Part shown: positions 41,040-50,875 of the stretch, piece after piece | How positions within the stretch are numbered: position 1 is the first letter of the stretch | Layout: the number at the start of each line of letters is the position of its first letter | Assembly (NCBI GenBank): GCA_965237525.1 | Contig: CBDEFO010000007.1 | Coordinates: 544,001-608,000 of the forward strand | Origin: Candidatus Latescibacterota bacterium | Lineage (GTDB): Bacteria; Latescibacterota; CBDEFO01 | Length of the DNA: 64,000 nt | Direction of reading: 5' to 3' | Program-made: the position numbers and the translations under genes | Notes under the pieces: model-generated | Told to the model about the DNA's origin: nothing | Database searches by the model: none | What the model saw: the letters and a program-made list of their open reading frames with translations, nothing else

Positions 41040-41491
41040 ATGAGCAAATATGCGTGGCAAATATTGACACTATTGAGGCCGGGGATGCAGGGAGGAGTTC
41101 CGAGGAAAGCCGGAACTTTGACTCGAAAGCCACAGCACGTGGATTCGGTGGAGTGTGCTCGGTGTGGCGGTGCCGGTATGGATCGAAACTCCCCCCACTC
41201 GGTGCTGGGTCTGCAGCGGGAAAGGGCACAAAAAAATGCGGCCGCCGGTGATCACCTGTGCCTTTTGCCGCGGGAAGGGACAGCCCCGAGGGACCGAGAT
41301 AACCTGTCCGGTGTGTTGTGGCCGTTGGTGACGTTTCCGTCCGGGAGCCTATAGTAAGGTGTCCAAAGTGCGGGGAAAGAGGTGGAAATAGAGGGGTCCG
41401 GCTCTAATGTATGGAGTGTAAGGGTCACGGCGTGGTCACTGCGAAAGCTAAAAACAAGGATGCCAACTTGGCCGAAGGGGCGATAACGTAA
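41040..41491 (+). pseudogene. DnaJ-type zinc-finger repeat protein (six CxxCxGxG-like units), frameshifted
   Basis: CARCGGAG, CWVCSGKG, CAFCRGKG, CPVCCG, CPKCGERG, CMECKGHG across frames. Confidence 0.7.
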
Positions 41492-41917
41492 AAATCGCTT
41501 CAACGGTCAGTTGCCAATAAAGAGGTAGCCCCTACTGCTGAAGTTGCTGAGGCGACTGGTCGTAAGGAGAGGGCTAACGAGATAACCATACGGTACTGAG
41601 GTAGACCCCCGGTCCCCGATCGAGTCTATCGAGGATCGGGGAAGAATCCTAAGGCATATGTGTTTATTAAAGTTATTGTTTAACCCCGCTGGGACAGTGT
41701 AGCTCTGGGCTGATTTATTGACTTTAGAAGCCGGTTTATGTCCCACACAGTGGACAAAGGGGGTGTTAATATATCAGCTGATCAAACCAGAGCATCCGTA
41801 AGGGCACTGGCTGAAGCGTAGTAAAAGCGGAAACAGGCAGCGAGGAGACTCCAGCTACGCGGTGATGGTCTCCCGCTCAGCGGGGATCCTAACCTAGAGA
41901 ACTGGAGGCTGGTAAAT

Positions 41918-41967
41918 GTGAAGCCACGTTGAGTCACCGCCTACGGCGCGGCTCGACGTGGCTTCAC
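41918..41967. repeat. REP-like 50-nt inverted repeat
   Basis: GTGAAGCCACGTTGAGTC...GGCTCGACGTGGCTTCAC. Confidence 0.6.
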
Positions 41968-42423
41968 TTGAGGACGGAAATCAGAACCCATAAGATCAAC
42001 GTTCCAGTTCGGGTCTACTGTGAAGCTGACATACGCCTTATTAACCGGAATCCCTTGATGTCTCTGCTGAAATGTAACATACCAGTTTCCAGAACCTTGG
42101 CTGGCCTCCTTAAACTCAACGTCAGACATATTCACCTTGAGCAGATCTTTGTAATCTGCAATGAAACTTCTGCTTATAGTTTCAACATTGCCTTTTTGCA
42201 GTGATACAGCACCGGCAAAATACCTATCCATCTTGACCCCATGGCCCACTATTCTGTGGGGGCTTTTGGTGATAGGATTCTGAAAGGCAGTAAGCTCGTT
42301 GCCATATATGCCCACGAGCATCTGTCGTTCCAACCCTCTCTGGGCATAGGAAGGACTGTTAAAAGTAAGGGATAAAACTACGCCCAATACTAAAGATAAG
42401 TACGTGCACGTTGAATGTCTCAT
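41941..42423 (-). pseudogene. Secreted metalloprotease propeptide (FTP-like) fragment
   Basis: Signal peptide, WYVTFQQRHQGIPV; no HExxH catalytic domain; ends in the hairpin. Confidence 0.55.
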
Positions 42424-43061
42424 GGTAACTTCTCCTTTCTTATTGCACTCCAGGTTCCAGCATCAATTGCAATTTCTTTCTGTGTTAGTCCAAATTCCTC
42501 ATACGTCCCATCCATCATAGGGCTGTTTACGATTCCCCTTGTTGTCAGACGATATTTGGCAGGGTAAAGCTCGCCAGCTCTGAGGGATATTACCAATGGC
42601 CACTTAAAAGAGAAACTTTGACTATCAGCTATCAACGTATCCACTTGGGCATCTGATAGTATTATGAGCACCCCGCCAACATTTAATGGAGTATCTGTAA
42701 TTTTTAGACGTCTCTTGAATATATCATAAAAGTACGGGGGCATTATGTGTAGATTACCAAAACTCAAGATGCCCTCAAAAGTCTTTTCATCCCCTGTGCT
42801 TTCGCTGATCAGGCTCCCTGTCCACAAGCCACTTATGATATTTTGAACCTCTTTCGGGTCAATATCTTGGTCTTCCGATAGCACCTTTATGACCTTATCT
42901 TCACCACAGGCCGCTAGGAATAGAGAGATTATAAAGACGCTAGTTGATGTTATGAAAGAGACTTTGCTCATCAAGCATTTCATGTGTCTGTCCACTGCAA
43001 TATTTCTTCTGATCGAGATTGAATTGTAGAATGGTGTTTGTAGCTTTAGGCTTTGCTTCAT
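42420..43061 (-). CDS. Hypothetical lipoprotein
   Basis: FLAAC lipobox after a hydrophobic stretch; true start may be a later ATG. Confidence 0.6.
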   Translation of the reverse strand: MKQSLKLQTPFYNSISIRRNIAVDRHMKCLMSKVSFITSTSVFIISLFLAACGEDKVIKVLSEDQDIDPKEVQNIISGLWTGSLISESTGDEKTFEGILSFGNLHIMPPYFYDIFKRRLKITDTPLNVGGVLIILSDAQVDTLIADSQSFSFKWPLVISLRAGELYPAKYRLTTRGIVNSPMMDGTYEEFGLTQKEIAIDAGTWSAIRKEKLP

Positions 43062-43328
43062 TGTAAACCCTCCTCCTTTCCGTTACCTGAAGCCACTGTC
43101 GCTTGCAGCTATGAAAGCTCTTTATGTTAATAGCAGTAGCCTTTGGGGGAGACAAATCTAGGTAAGCTATCGATGTTACATAGAATTCGTGAAAGAGACC
43201 GTACACAATTCCATAAGGCTCTTTGCTTGAATCAGGATAAGATTAGCAATCTATATCTCTCATATACTACAATTCCAACCCTTTGTCAAGCTGCTTTGAT
43301 GATATAATATATATATTTCACAACTATT

Positions 43329-43561
43329 TAGCCCGATTAATTCATAAACTTGGTGGAGTCATTGCGAGGAGCAAAGCGACGAAGCAATCTCAAGGTTTTA
43401 TAGCGGTCTCCTATGAGAGCCGGGAGTATTACATCTACCACAGAATCGAGATTGCTTCGCCTTCGGCTCGCAATGACACCGAAGGTGGTTAAACGGCATA
43501 ACTATAAATAATACAAACCCTTAATTAATACACGGCCTTTTTTTGTGAATTATTCGGGTTA
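43329..43561 (+). mobile_element. MITE family A, copy without inserts (233 bp)
   Basis: TIR TAGCCCGATTAATTCATAAA / TTTGTGAATTATTCGGGTTA, TA ends, no transposase. Confidence 0.8.
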
Positions 43562-44049
43562 GTATTTGTCAACTATTTTACAAATACGGTTCTTCTCCAA
43601 AAAGTGTAGTAGCGGGTAATTCTGTTTCATGTTGTCTTGAGTTTTTGTATAAGTTAATAGTGGTAGTAGCGGGTAAGTAGTGTAGTGGTTGTGGGGTCGC
43701 TTTAGGCGATTTAAAGGATATGGTTAAGTCGGGTACTTATTGCTTTATTCATATTGCTTCTCATTGCGAAAGACCTGCCTTATATAAGGGATACTGTATC
43801 AGGCATTACTGGCAGGTCAAGCGGTATGGAAGGCTAATCCCTGAGAGGGAAAGAGAGGTAGATCGGAGCAAAAAAGGAGAGGAGAGGAGCTAATGGCAGG
43901 AATAATTGCGTTTGACAACACTTTTTCAGACAACAGGAACAGATATCAGATTGTCTTTTTAAGAAGCTATGGCCAGCTTTTGTGCTACTACTATGCTACT
44001 ATTTAGGGAAAATAAGGACCAATATTGGTATTTAATGAACACTAATGGG

Positions 44050-44086
44050 AAAAAGAAATTCCTCATAACTTATTGACTATGAGGAA
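44050..44086 (-). terminator. Intrinsic terminator after tRNA-Lys
   Basis: TTCCTCATA/TATGAGGAA stem followed on the minus strand by TTTCTTTTT. Confidence 0.7.
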
Positions 44087-44091
44087 CTTAT

Positions 44092-44167
44092 TGGTGAGCC
44101 CGGCAGGAATCGAACCTGCGACCAACGGCTTAAAAGGCCGCTGCTCTACCGACTGAGCTACGGGCCC
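44092..44167 (-). tRNA. tRNA-Lys (anticodon TTT)
   Basis: GGGCCCGTAGCTCAGTCGGTAGAGCAGCGGCCTTTTAAGCCGTTGGTCGCAGGTTCGATTCCTGCCGGGCTCACCA, 76 nt with CCA. Confidence 0.97.
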
Positions 44168-44174
44168 AACGTCC

Positions 44175-45194
44175 CTACATTTTGCCTTTGCGAAATGCGG
44201 TTATGTATTCCATACAAAATTCGTCTGCCCCAACAAGAGCGTTGTATGCTAACTGGTATTGTGTAGATTGAGTGTCAATATTAGAGATACTTTCAGATTT
44301 GATCTGTAACGGATCTATTATTCCGCTGTCGCACCCGGCGTCTACAGACAAATGGATAAATACTTCGTTTAAGAGCCTCCGGTTGGGCATTCCAAAAGAG
44401 ACGTTGCTAAATCCTCCTGTAATATGAATCTCATCCCCGTAGAGGTCTCTTATCTGTTTGACTGCATCCAGGAAAAACCTCCCGTATCGAGAATCTACGC
44501 CTATGGGGAAGACGAGAAGGTCAACGAACACATCGTTGTGGGCGATGCTGAAGCGTTCGACAATTTCCATCAGCCTCTTTACGTTTTCCACTCTCTCCGT
44601 ATCATCGTCTGGCATTTTAGTTTTACCGAAGGCGGTAGCTATAATCTGGCAGTTTTTCTCCTTTGCCAATTCTACTATGTCGGGGCGTTCCAGAGATGCG
44701 GAGTTGAGGATAGACCCTCCTTTGGAGTAATCATAGACCTCAACACCTGATTTGATATTGTCCGTTGCGGAAGAATCTATGCTCAGGGGCAAATCTACGT
44801 GTTGTTGGATTGTCGGCACTATCCACTCCATAGCCTGAATCTGGACCTGGGGATTCGGTGCTATCTCATCTACATTTACGTCCAGGTAGTGTGCACCAGC
44901 CTCTACTTGCCTTCTGGCTGCGTAAAGGATATACTGCCGGGCTTCCTCCTGATCGTCTTTGTTTACTGATATTCCCTTGTCAACGGCGATCCTAATGTGC
45001 TTTATCTCATTTCGTTGATACTCCTGCGTTTCCTTGTAACTTTCAGGGATTGTCAAGTATCTGACATTCCCTCCAGAATCGGTGAACTTGATAGCTTCAG
45101 TACCGTCTTCCAGCGCTTCGACTCTCCTGCCATCCCTTCTGTAAACTCTGGTTGTATGTATGTTTTCGCCTATTATTATCAGATCACAAGACAC
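44175..45194 (-). CDS. Pterin-binding methyltransferase (methyl-THF:corrinoid, AcsE/MetH pterin domain-like)
   Basis: IIGENI, GAHYLDVN, PLSIDS, ILNS, GFSNVSFGMPNR, IIDP. Confidence 0.85.
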   Translation of the reverse strand: MSCDLIIIGENIHTTRVYRRDGRRVEALEDGTEAIKFTDSGGNVRYLTIPESYKETQEYQRNEIKHIRIAVDKGISVNKDDQEEARQYILYAARRQVEAGAHYLDVNVDEIAPNPQVQIQAMEWIVPTIQQHVDLPLSIDSSATDNIKSGVEVYDYSKGGSILNSASLERPDIVELAKEKNCQIIATAFGKTKMPDDDTERVENVKRLMEIVERFSIAHNDVFVDLLVFPIGVDSRYGRFFLDAVKQIRDLYGDEIHITGGFSNVSFGMPNRRLLNEVFIHLSVDAGCDSGIIDPLQIKSESISNIDTQSTQYQLAYNALVGADEFCMEYITAFRKGKM

Positions 45195-45305
45195 TTTTGA
45201 ATCTCCTGTTTTTACCCGGCATTGGCACGTCTATTGCGCAGGAGTGACGGCTTATCTTAAATATTAAACATGAACTAAAACTCCGGGAAAGTCAAAATAT
45301 AGGTG

Positions 45306-45830
45306 TTACAATTTTATGTCCTTTCCCTCTATGTAGTTCTTTATAAAGCTCACGAATTTAGTCAAGTCGCCTAAGTTCTTGCGAAGGAACCGATACACGT
45401 CCTCCACCGCAACCTCGGCGTATTCGTGGACCAATATATTCCTGAAGCCAGCCATGCCCGAAATAGAGTGAGCGAAGTCTTTGGGAATCGCCCCGATTTC
45501 TCCTAATCTCTCTATTATCTTCCCGTATTCTTCGTACCTGTTTACACCCTCAGCAGAGAGGATATGGCCTCCGATCTCTAGAACGTAGTGGATAGCTATC
45601 TGAAGACCATGCTCCCTTGCCCAGAGGATCTCTCAATTTCCTGCTGCATCCGCAAGACCATATCGCTTCAGCCCCTTGAGGGTCCTGAGTGTGCTATCAA
45701 TATTCCTATATGAGCCTTCAGCGTGTTAACATCATATATGATTTTGCACTTTGGCAAAGCGACCTCTCTCTATCCGTTTGTTGAGATAGTAGCTTTGTAG
45801 ACCTTATAAGTCGTCCCCTGAACTGGATAA
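45306..45830 (-). pseudogene. HEPN (DUF86/HepT-like) toxin with disrupted 5' end, preceded by a probable nucleotidyltransferase scrap
   Basis: MAGFRNILVHEY (RX4HXY); stops and frameshifts upstream. Confidence 0.7.
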
Positions 45831-46079
45831 TGTCGTCAAGTTTGAAAGCTTAGTAATAGTTCTGAAGATCGCTTGTAGTTATGCTGGTGACTTTAGACAT
45901 ATTGCTCTCCTTTGCATTGGCCTGCAAAGACTTCAGTGATCTTTATAACCTTCATAGAGTTCTTGAAGAGATGTGGGAAAATAGCGTCCTTGCAATCAAC
46001 GAGCAGTTGAATTTATTTGAATTGAATCTAGATGGAACTCGTACCATCCGTTTCCATGGAGCCCACTGAAGGTGGATTA

Positions 46080-48614
46080 TCAGGAACGGGTGGCGACAAA
46101 CTTGGAGTCTGGAGCAGTGATGCGGGCTAAAGTCTTAGCCAGGGGATAGGACTGTTCTACCTTTGCCGCTCCCACGCCCACGGGGATAAAGTTGCCCCCT
46201 TGAGCGTCCCAGATGGCCTTGTTGAGACTGTAGCTTCGGTCGCGGGCGTCATCGTACGCAGGATCGGCAAAGACGTCATAAAGACCCTGAATTTCGCCTT
46301 TAGCGTCCAGTTTAATGATCACCGACACAGCTACACCACGACTGTTGACGGTCGCTATCGCATCCTCAAGTGCAAGCGGCGTGGGGAACATATTGTGCGA
46401 CCCGCGTCCGTCCCCCTGAGTCATATAAAAGCCGTCTCTCATAAATAAGTTGAGTGCGTTGGCCAGCGGCTCTACCGCCAGGAGCACAGGATCGTCTTTG
46501 CCGCGATATTCTCCGCCTGTGATTACGGCTAGCTTCTCTGTGGACGCAGAAAGGAGAATATCGCCCAAGCTCTCAAGAACAAGCTGCGCATCCCACTCCT
46601 CTGTGGTTCTCGTCCAGATGCGCTTAAAGTTAAACTTCTCGGTGGCCCCCAGGAGGTTTTGTGCCTGGTGAGCCTCGCTTTCGAAATCCAGAAAGATGCG
46701 CTTGTGTCCTTCGACATCCCAGACCTCGACGACTAATCCCTTTGCGTCTGTCCCCTCCAAGTAATGGTTCAGGCTACCGTCTGCTGTGGTCTTGTTTAGG
46801 CTGTACCAGACTGGGAGATTGAAAGCCGAAGGGCCAGATTTATCTATAGCCAAAAGTCCTACATTAGCAGCTTTGGGCATCGGAAGCTCGGCAAAGCCCG
46901 GCCCTTGGCCAGATACGTTCCCTGCAAAGACGGGCTCAGGCTTGTGCCCCTTTTCTCGTCCTGTCTTCCATTGATTATATGCAGATTTAAGTTTATCTAT
47001 ATATATACGTTCGGATTCGGGCAGAAAATCGGGCAGAAGTTCTATGAACGCATCGTCTATTTCTGCTAATTCTTCAGTTGTTCGCCCCTCTGTCGCATCT
47101 CCCACCAGATCCTGTCCCAAGCCGTACCACTTATACCCGATAATTTCAGCCACCCACACCTGACGGAAAAAGGTCTTATATGCAAAAAGATGAATCGGAT
47201 TGCAGTCAACGCCTTTATCGTGGCTCATCAAAAGGTGTCCGTCGTCTCCCACTTCTAAGATTTTCGACGTTCCATATATAAGGCCTATATTTTTGGCCTC
47301 CTGGAGGCTCGCCTGTGCTACGTAGCGGAAGTGATTTGGCGGTGTGGTATGACCTATCTTTCCACCGCTGTCCGCCTTGATATCTGAGATAGTGAAGATG
47401 GACCGCTCGTTTGCTCTGACGACCACTCGATCTTCATGGTCAGGAATATCCATGAAGCGGTGCGACAGACGTTCGGCCTCTCCAAATGCGCGCCCTTCGG
47501 CGGTCTCGGGATTAAGGTAAGGCTCAAATTCCCCGTGCATTGTCATATAACGGATCAGGTTCCCTGCGTCTTTTTGGAGCCTTCGAGTCTCCGGCCTGTT
47601 CTGGGAGAAGATGTCCTCAACGTCTAGCCCCTGGGGGATGCGGCCCTGGTCGTAGGATTGATACGCGTACGCTGGGACCTTCGCGGTTCCTTCACTTATG
47701 GCTGTACTCTTTGCCTCTTCAAAGCTTACAGGCATAAGCCCCACTCGATATCCGCCGTCTTTACCCCCTGGTCCGAAGTAGAACTCTGCAGTGGACTGTG
47801 TGTACTCCCCTATAGCGGGTAGTCCCGATTGAGAGCGGCCGATTAAAATGGGTGAGAAATTGCCTTCTACCATAGCGGCTGGTTCGTCTTTAAGATCTCC
47901 TTCTCCAAAGCGTCCGCCAACTGCGTATACCTTGCTCAATCTCCATTCGTCGGCATCGGCAACAAGCGATTGCAGTTCATTCATCTGGCCCGGTCCAAAT
48001 TCGTAGGTTCGCACTTGAGATTTAGCGGACCTTAGGTCTTGGATGCTCTCTACGAGGGCGGAAAAATAGTTTCCCTCGATGCGTCTTCCCGATCCTTTAT
48101 CCGGGTTGAAAAATAGATTGAAGAGGGCTCGGTTGAAAAACCCCCAGCTTCCGTTTATGGCCTTTGCCACATAGATCGGTTCTGCGCCTCGCTCGGTGAA
48201 GGGGAAGTCCAAGTATCTTATGCCAAGGGCTTGAACCTGATCCTCAGGATCCATGTCTATTATGCTCTTACCGTCGTCGGGCTGATAAAGTCCCATTTCA
48301 TGAGCCTTTTTCAGAGCCTCTGTTGCCGCTTTGCGCGCCAGCTCAGCGGCACAAGTAGAAGGATTATTGCGGTAAGAGTTTCCGTCGAAGAAGTCCCCGT
48401 TATAAGTCGTAATATGCAGATGGAGATCCCCTCCAAATATGTTGGTCCACGCCCCTTTGAGCGTCCCGTTATCCACTTTGTCCCGCAAAAATTGATCGGC
48501 TACCTGGATGACTCCAATAGGTATATCACCGCCAAGAAGACTGCCCAGATCTATGCTGGCGATAATGACATTTGACTGAGTCGAAGGACGGTTTTCCATT
48601 CCTTTCAATCCCAT
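46080..48614 (-). CDS. fbp: Tandem two-domain class V fructose-1,6-bisphosphate aldolase/phosphatase
   Basis: C-terminal half: IKADSGG.IGH, GDD, YGLGQDL, GNVSGQGPG, DKSGP, YRGKDDP, RGSH; N-terminal half: ERGAEP, RSQSGLPAIGE, LMPV, HGEFEP. Confidence 0.85.
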   Translation of the reverse strand: MGLKGMENRPSTQSNVIIASIDLGSLLGGDIPIGVIQVADQFLRDKVDNGTLKGAWTNIFGGDLHLHITTYNGDFFDGNSYRNNPSTCAAELARKAATEALKKAHEMGLYQPDDGKSIIDMDPEDQVQALGIRYLDFPFTERGAEPIYVAKAINGSWGFFNRALFNLFFNPDKGSGRRIEGNYFSALVESIQDLRSAKSQVRTYEFGPGQMNELQSLVADADEWRLSKVYAVGGRFGEGDLKDEPAAMVEGNFSPILIGRSQSGLPAIGEYTQSTAEFYFGPGGKDGGYRVGLMPVSFEEAKSTAISEGTAKVPAYAYQSYDQGRIPQGLDVEDIFSQNRPETRRLQKDAGNLIRYMTMHGEFEPYLNPETAEGRAFGEAERLSHRFMDIPDHEDRVVVRANERSIFTISDIKADSGGKIGHTTPPNHFRYVAQASLQEAKNIGLIYGTSKILEVGDDGHLLMSHDKGVDCNPIHLFAYKTFFRQVWVAEIIGYKWYGLGQDLVGDATEGRTTEELAEIDDAFIELLPDFLPESERIYIDKLKSAYNQWKTGREKGHKPEPVFAGNVSGQGPGFAELPMPKAANVGLLAIDKSGPSAFNLPVWYSLNKTTADGSLNHYLEGTDAKGLVVEVWDVEGHKRIFLDFESEAHQAQNLLGATEKFNFKRIWTRTTEEWDAQLVLESLGDILLSASTEKLAVITGGEYRGKDDPVLLAVEPLANALNLFMRDGFYMTQGDGRGSHNMFPTPLALEDAIATVNSRGVAVSVIIKLDAKGEIQGLYDVFADPAYDDARDRSYSLNKAIWDAQGGNFIPVGVGAAKVEQSYPLAKTLARITAPDSKFVATRS

Positions 48615-49015
48615 GGTTTTTTCTCTCCCTAATCAAGATAATTTGACCACATTCCAACAGGTAATCCTACCTCAATATCGCTCTAGTGTTTGCTCCTTTT
48701 CCTAGGATCAGATAAACAAAAACCTGATGTGACAATATAAGACAATTCCAGTAAAAGGCAAGCAGTTTCTGCTTGGTGCAGGCATATTTAATTCTTCCAA
48801 AAACGCCAGTTGAGTCGGAGCCAAGCGAGGTTTTGAGATCAAGTGTGAGAACTGAATGATCCTATTTATTGATCTAAATACACTATTTCAATCTGGCGGC
48901 TGGGTACCCAGCCCTTGGGCGAGGGAATCTGGCACCTACACTATGTTCAATCAGTACTCGCTTACCATTGGAAAGAAAATTAAACGATCCTGGGCTGCTG
49001 TCCACGTTTCTATCT

Positions 49016-49462
49016 TTACGATGAGGCGGTCTCGGAAGACCAGCTTGGAACCACATTTTCGCCCTCAATCCAGCCTTCTCCTTTTTCCCACATCTCCTTC
49101 TTCCATATCGGAACAATCTCTTTCAGACGATCTATCGCATATTCAGAGGCTTGGAAGGCCTCCCTCCTGTGAGGTGATGCCACAGCGATAGCCACACTTG
49201 CCTCTCCTATATCTAATCTCCCTATGCGATGAACGATAGCCAAATCTTCTATTCCCCACTTCTCTTTAATTTCATCCGCTATCTGTTTCATCTTCGTTTC
49301 GGCCATCTGCTCGTAAGCCTGATACTCTAGGTACCTCACACCTTTACCCAGAGAGTTGTTCCTGACCACACCTGCAAAGGTCACGACAGCTCCATCTGCG
49401 TCCTTTCTGACCATCTGCGCCAGTTTTTCTACATCGATTGCATCTTTGACTATTTTAAACAT
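49016..49462 (-). CDS. moaE: Molybdopterin synthase catalytic subunit
   Basis: GAVVTFAGVVR, LEYQAY, HRIGRL, SPHR, VPIWKKE. Confidence 0.93.
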   Translation of the reverse strand: MFKIVKDAIDVEKLAQMVRKDADGAVVTFAGVVRNNSLGKGVRYLEYQAYEQMAETKMKQIADEIKEKWGIEDLAIVHRIGRLDIGEASVAIAVASPHRREAFQASEYAIDRLKEIVPIWKKEMWEKGEGWIEGENVVPSWSSETASS

Positions 49463-49509
49463 AATCAACCTCCAACGCCGAAGATATGACGGCAATCACA
49501 TTTTTACAA

Positions 49510-49755
49510 TTAACCGCCGCTTACCGGAGGTATAAAGGCTACCTCATCTTTGTCATTTAGCTTTGCTTCAAAGTCGGTGTACTCTTTATTCAGAGCCACA
49601 AAGAGATTCCCCTTGAGGTTCGATAGTTTCGGAAATCGATAGGCGACGTGGTGCCAGAGGTCGCCTATGGTTCCTTTTTCATTTAACTCTATTTCTATCT
49701 CATCTGTGCCTACAATATCCCTGCACGATGCGAAAAATTTTACGTTGATCTTCAA
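49510..49755 (-). CDS. moaD: Molybdopterin synthase sulfur carrier subunit
   Basis: VKFFA, DEVAFIPPVSGG C-terminus; TTG start. Confidence 0.92.
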   Translation of the reverse strand: MKINVKFFASCRDIVGTDEIEIELNEKGTIGDLWHHVAYRFPKLSNLKGNLFVALNKEYTDFEAKLNDKDEVAFIPPVSGG

Positions 49756-49774
49756 TTTGTCGCCCTTTGTACTG

Positions 49775-50875
49775 TCACTGATTTGTCCTTTTTCTCCCCA
49801 TTTTCTCCCAAAAGGTTCTTCGATACGCCCCTTTCCTCCAGCCCTCATAACCCACGACGAAAAATATGATCGTGGCCTGAATGACATAGACCATTACCGA
49901 CGAGACTCCGGCTGCTCTTTGCATGTTCCCGGCGCCTGCGTTCATAGCTCCGAACAGAAAGGAAGAGAAGATCACACCTATGGGGTTTAATCTCCCCAAA
50001 AGGGCGACAGCAATAGCGGTATATCCGTAGCCGGGTGAGAACTTTTCGTAGAGTCGATACGTCAATCCAACTAGCTCAACAGCTCCTGCTATCCCCGCAA
50101 GACCGCCGCTTATCAGCATCGTCAGTAGGATGTTTTGTTCGACCTTTATCCCTGCGTACCTGGCAGCCTGAGGGTTTAATCCCACGGACCGAATTCTGTA
50201 GCCCAAGACTGTCTTGTAGAGCAGAAAATAGGCAAAACACGCCAAGACTAAAGCTAAAATCACGCCTGCATGTAGACGCGTCGGAGGCGCTATCCTTGAG
50301 AGTCTTGCTGCCTCATATACAGCGTCACTTTGGGGGAATTTGCCCGCCTTTTCCATAAGGGGGCCGTGCACGGCCCAGCTCGCTATCTGGATAGCTACAA
50401 AGTTGAGCATTATGGTGCTGATTACTTCCTGAACGCCCCTTTTTATCTTCAGTATTGCCGCTATGCCTGCCCATAGACCTCCAGAGATGAACGATACCAA
50501 AAGGATCAGGGGAAGGAGGATAAATCCAGGAGTAGAACTTATCGATGTCCCTATCCAGGCCGCTGAAAGTGCGCCCATATACAATTGCCCCTCAGCCCCG
50601 ATATTCCAGACGCCGCACCTGAAAGCCAAAGCTACCGCAAGCCCTGTAAAAAGCAGGGGACAGGTCTTCAACAAGGTCTCTGAGAGGCTGTATCTGCTCC
50701 CGAAGGCTCCATCTAAGAGCGCCTCGAATGCGGCCGTGGGACTCTGTCCTGAAAGATGGATAATGATGCCGTTTACGATCAAAGCCGACACCACAGCGCC
50801 AAGTGGAGTCCCCAACGCTCCAACTGTCCCCCAAAGAGTTCTTCGATCCATAACTTCAAGCCGCCCTTTTTTCAC
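49775..50875 (-). CDS. Nucleoside/sugar ABC transporter permease
   Basis: WNIGAEGQ, EVISTIMLN, GYGYTAIAVALLG. Confidence 0.9.
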   Translation of the reverse strand: MKKGRLEVMDRRTLWGTVGALGTPLGAVVSALIVNGIIIHLSGQSPTAAFEALLDGAFGSRYSLSETLLKTCPLLFTGLAVALAFRCGVWNIGAEGQLYMGALSAAWIGTSISSTPGFILLPLILLVSFISGGLWAGIAAILKIKRGVQEVISTIMLNFVAIQIASWAVHGPLMEKAGKFPQSDAVYEAARLSRIAPPTRLHAGVILALVLACFAYFLLYKTVLGYRIRSVGLNPQAARYAGIKVEQNILLTMLISGGLAGIAGAVELVGLTYRLYEKFSPGYGYTAIAVALLGRLNPIGVIFSSFLFGAMNAGAGNMQRAAGVSSVMVYVIQATIIFFVVGYEGWRKGAYRRTFWEKMGRKRTNQ

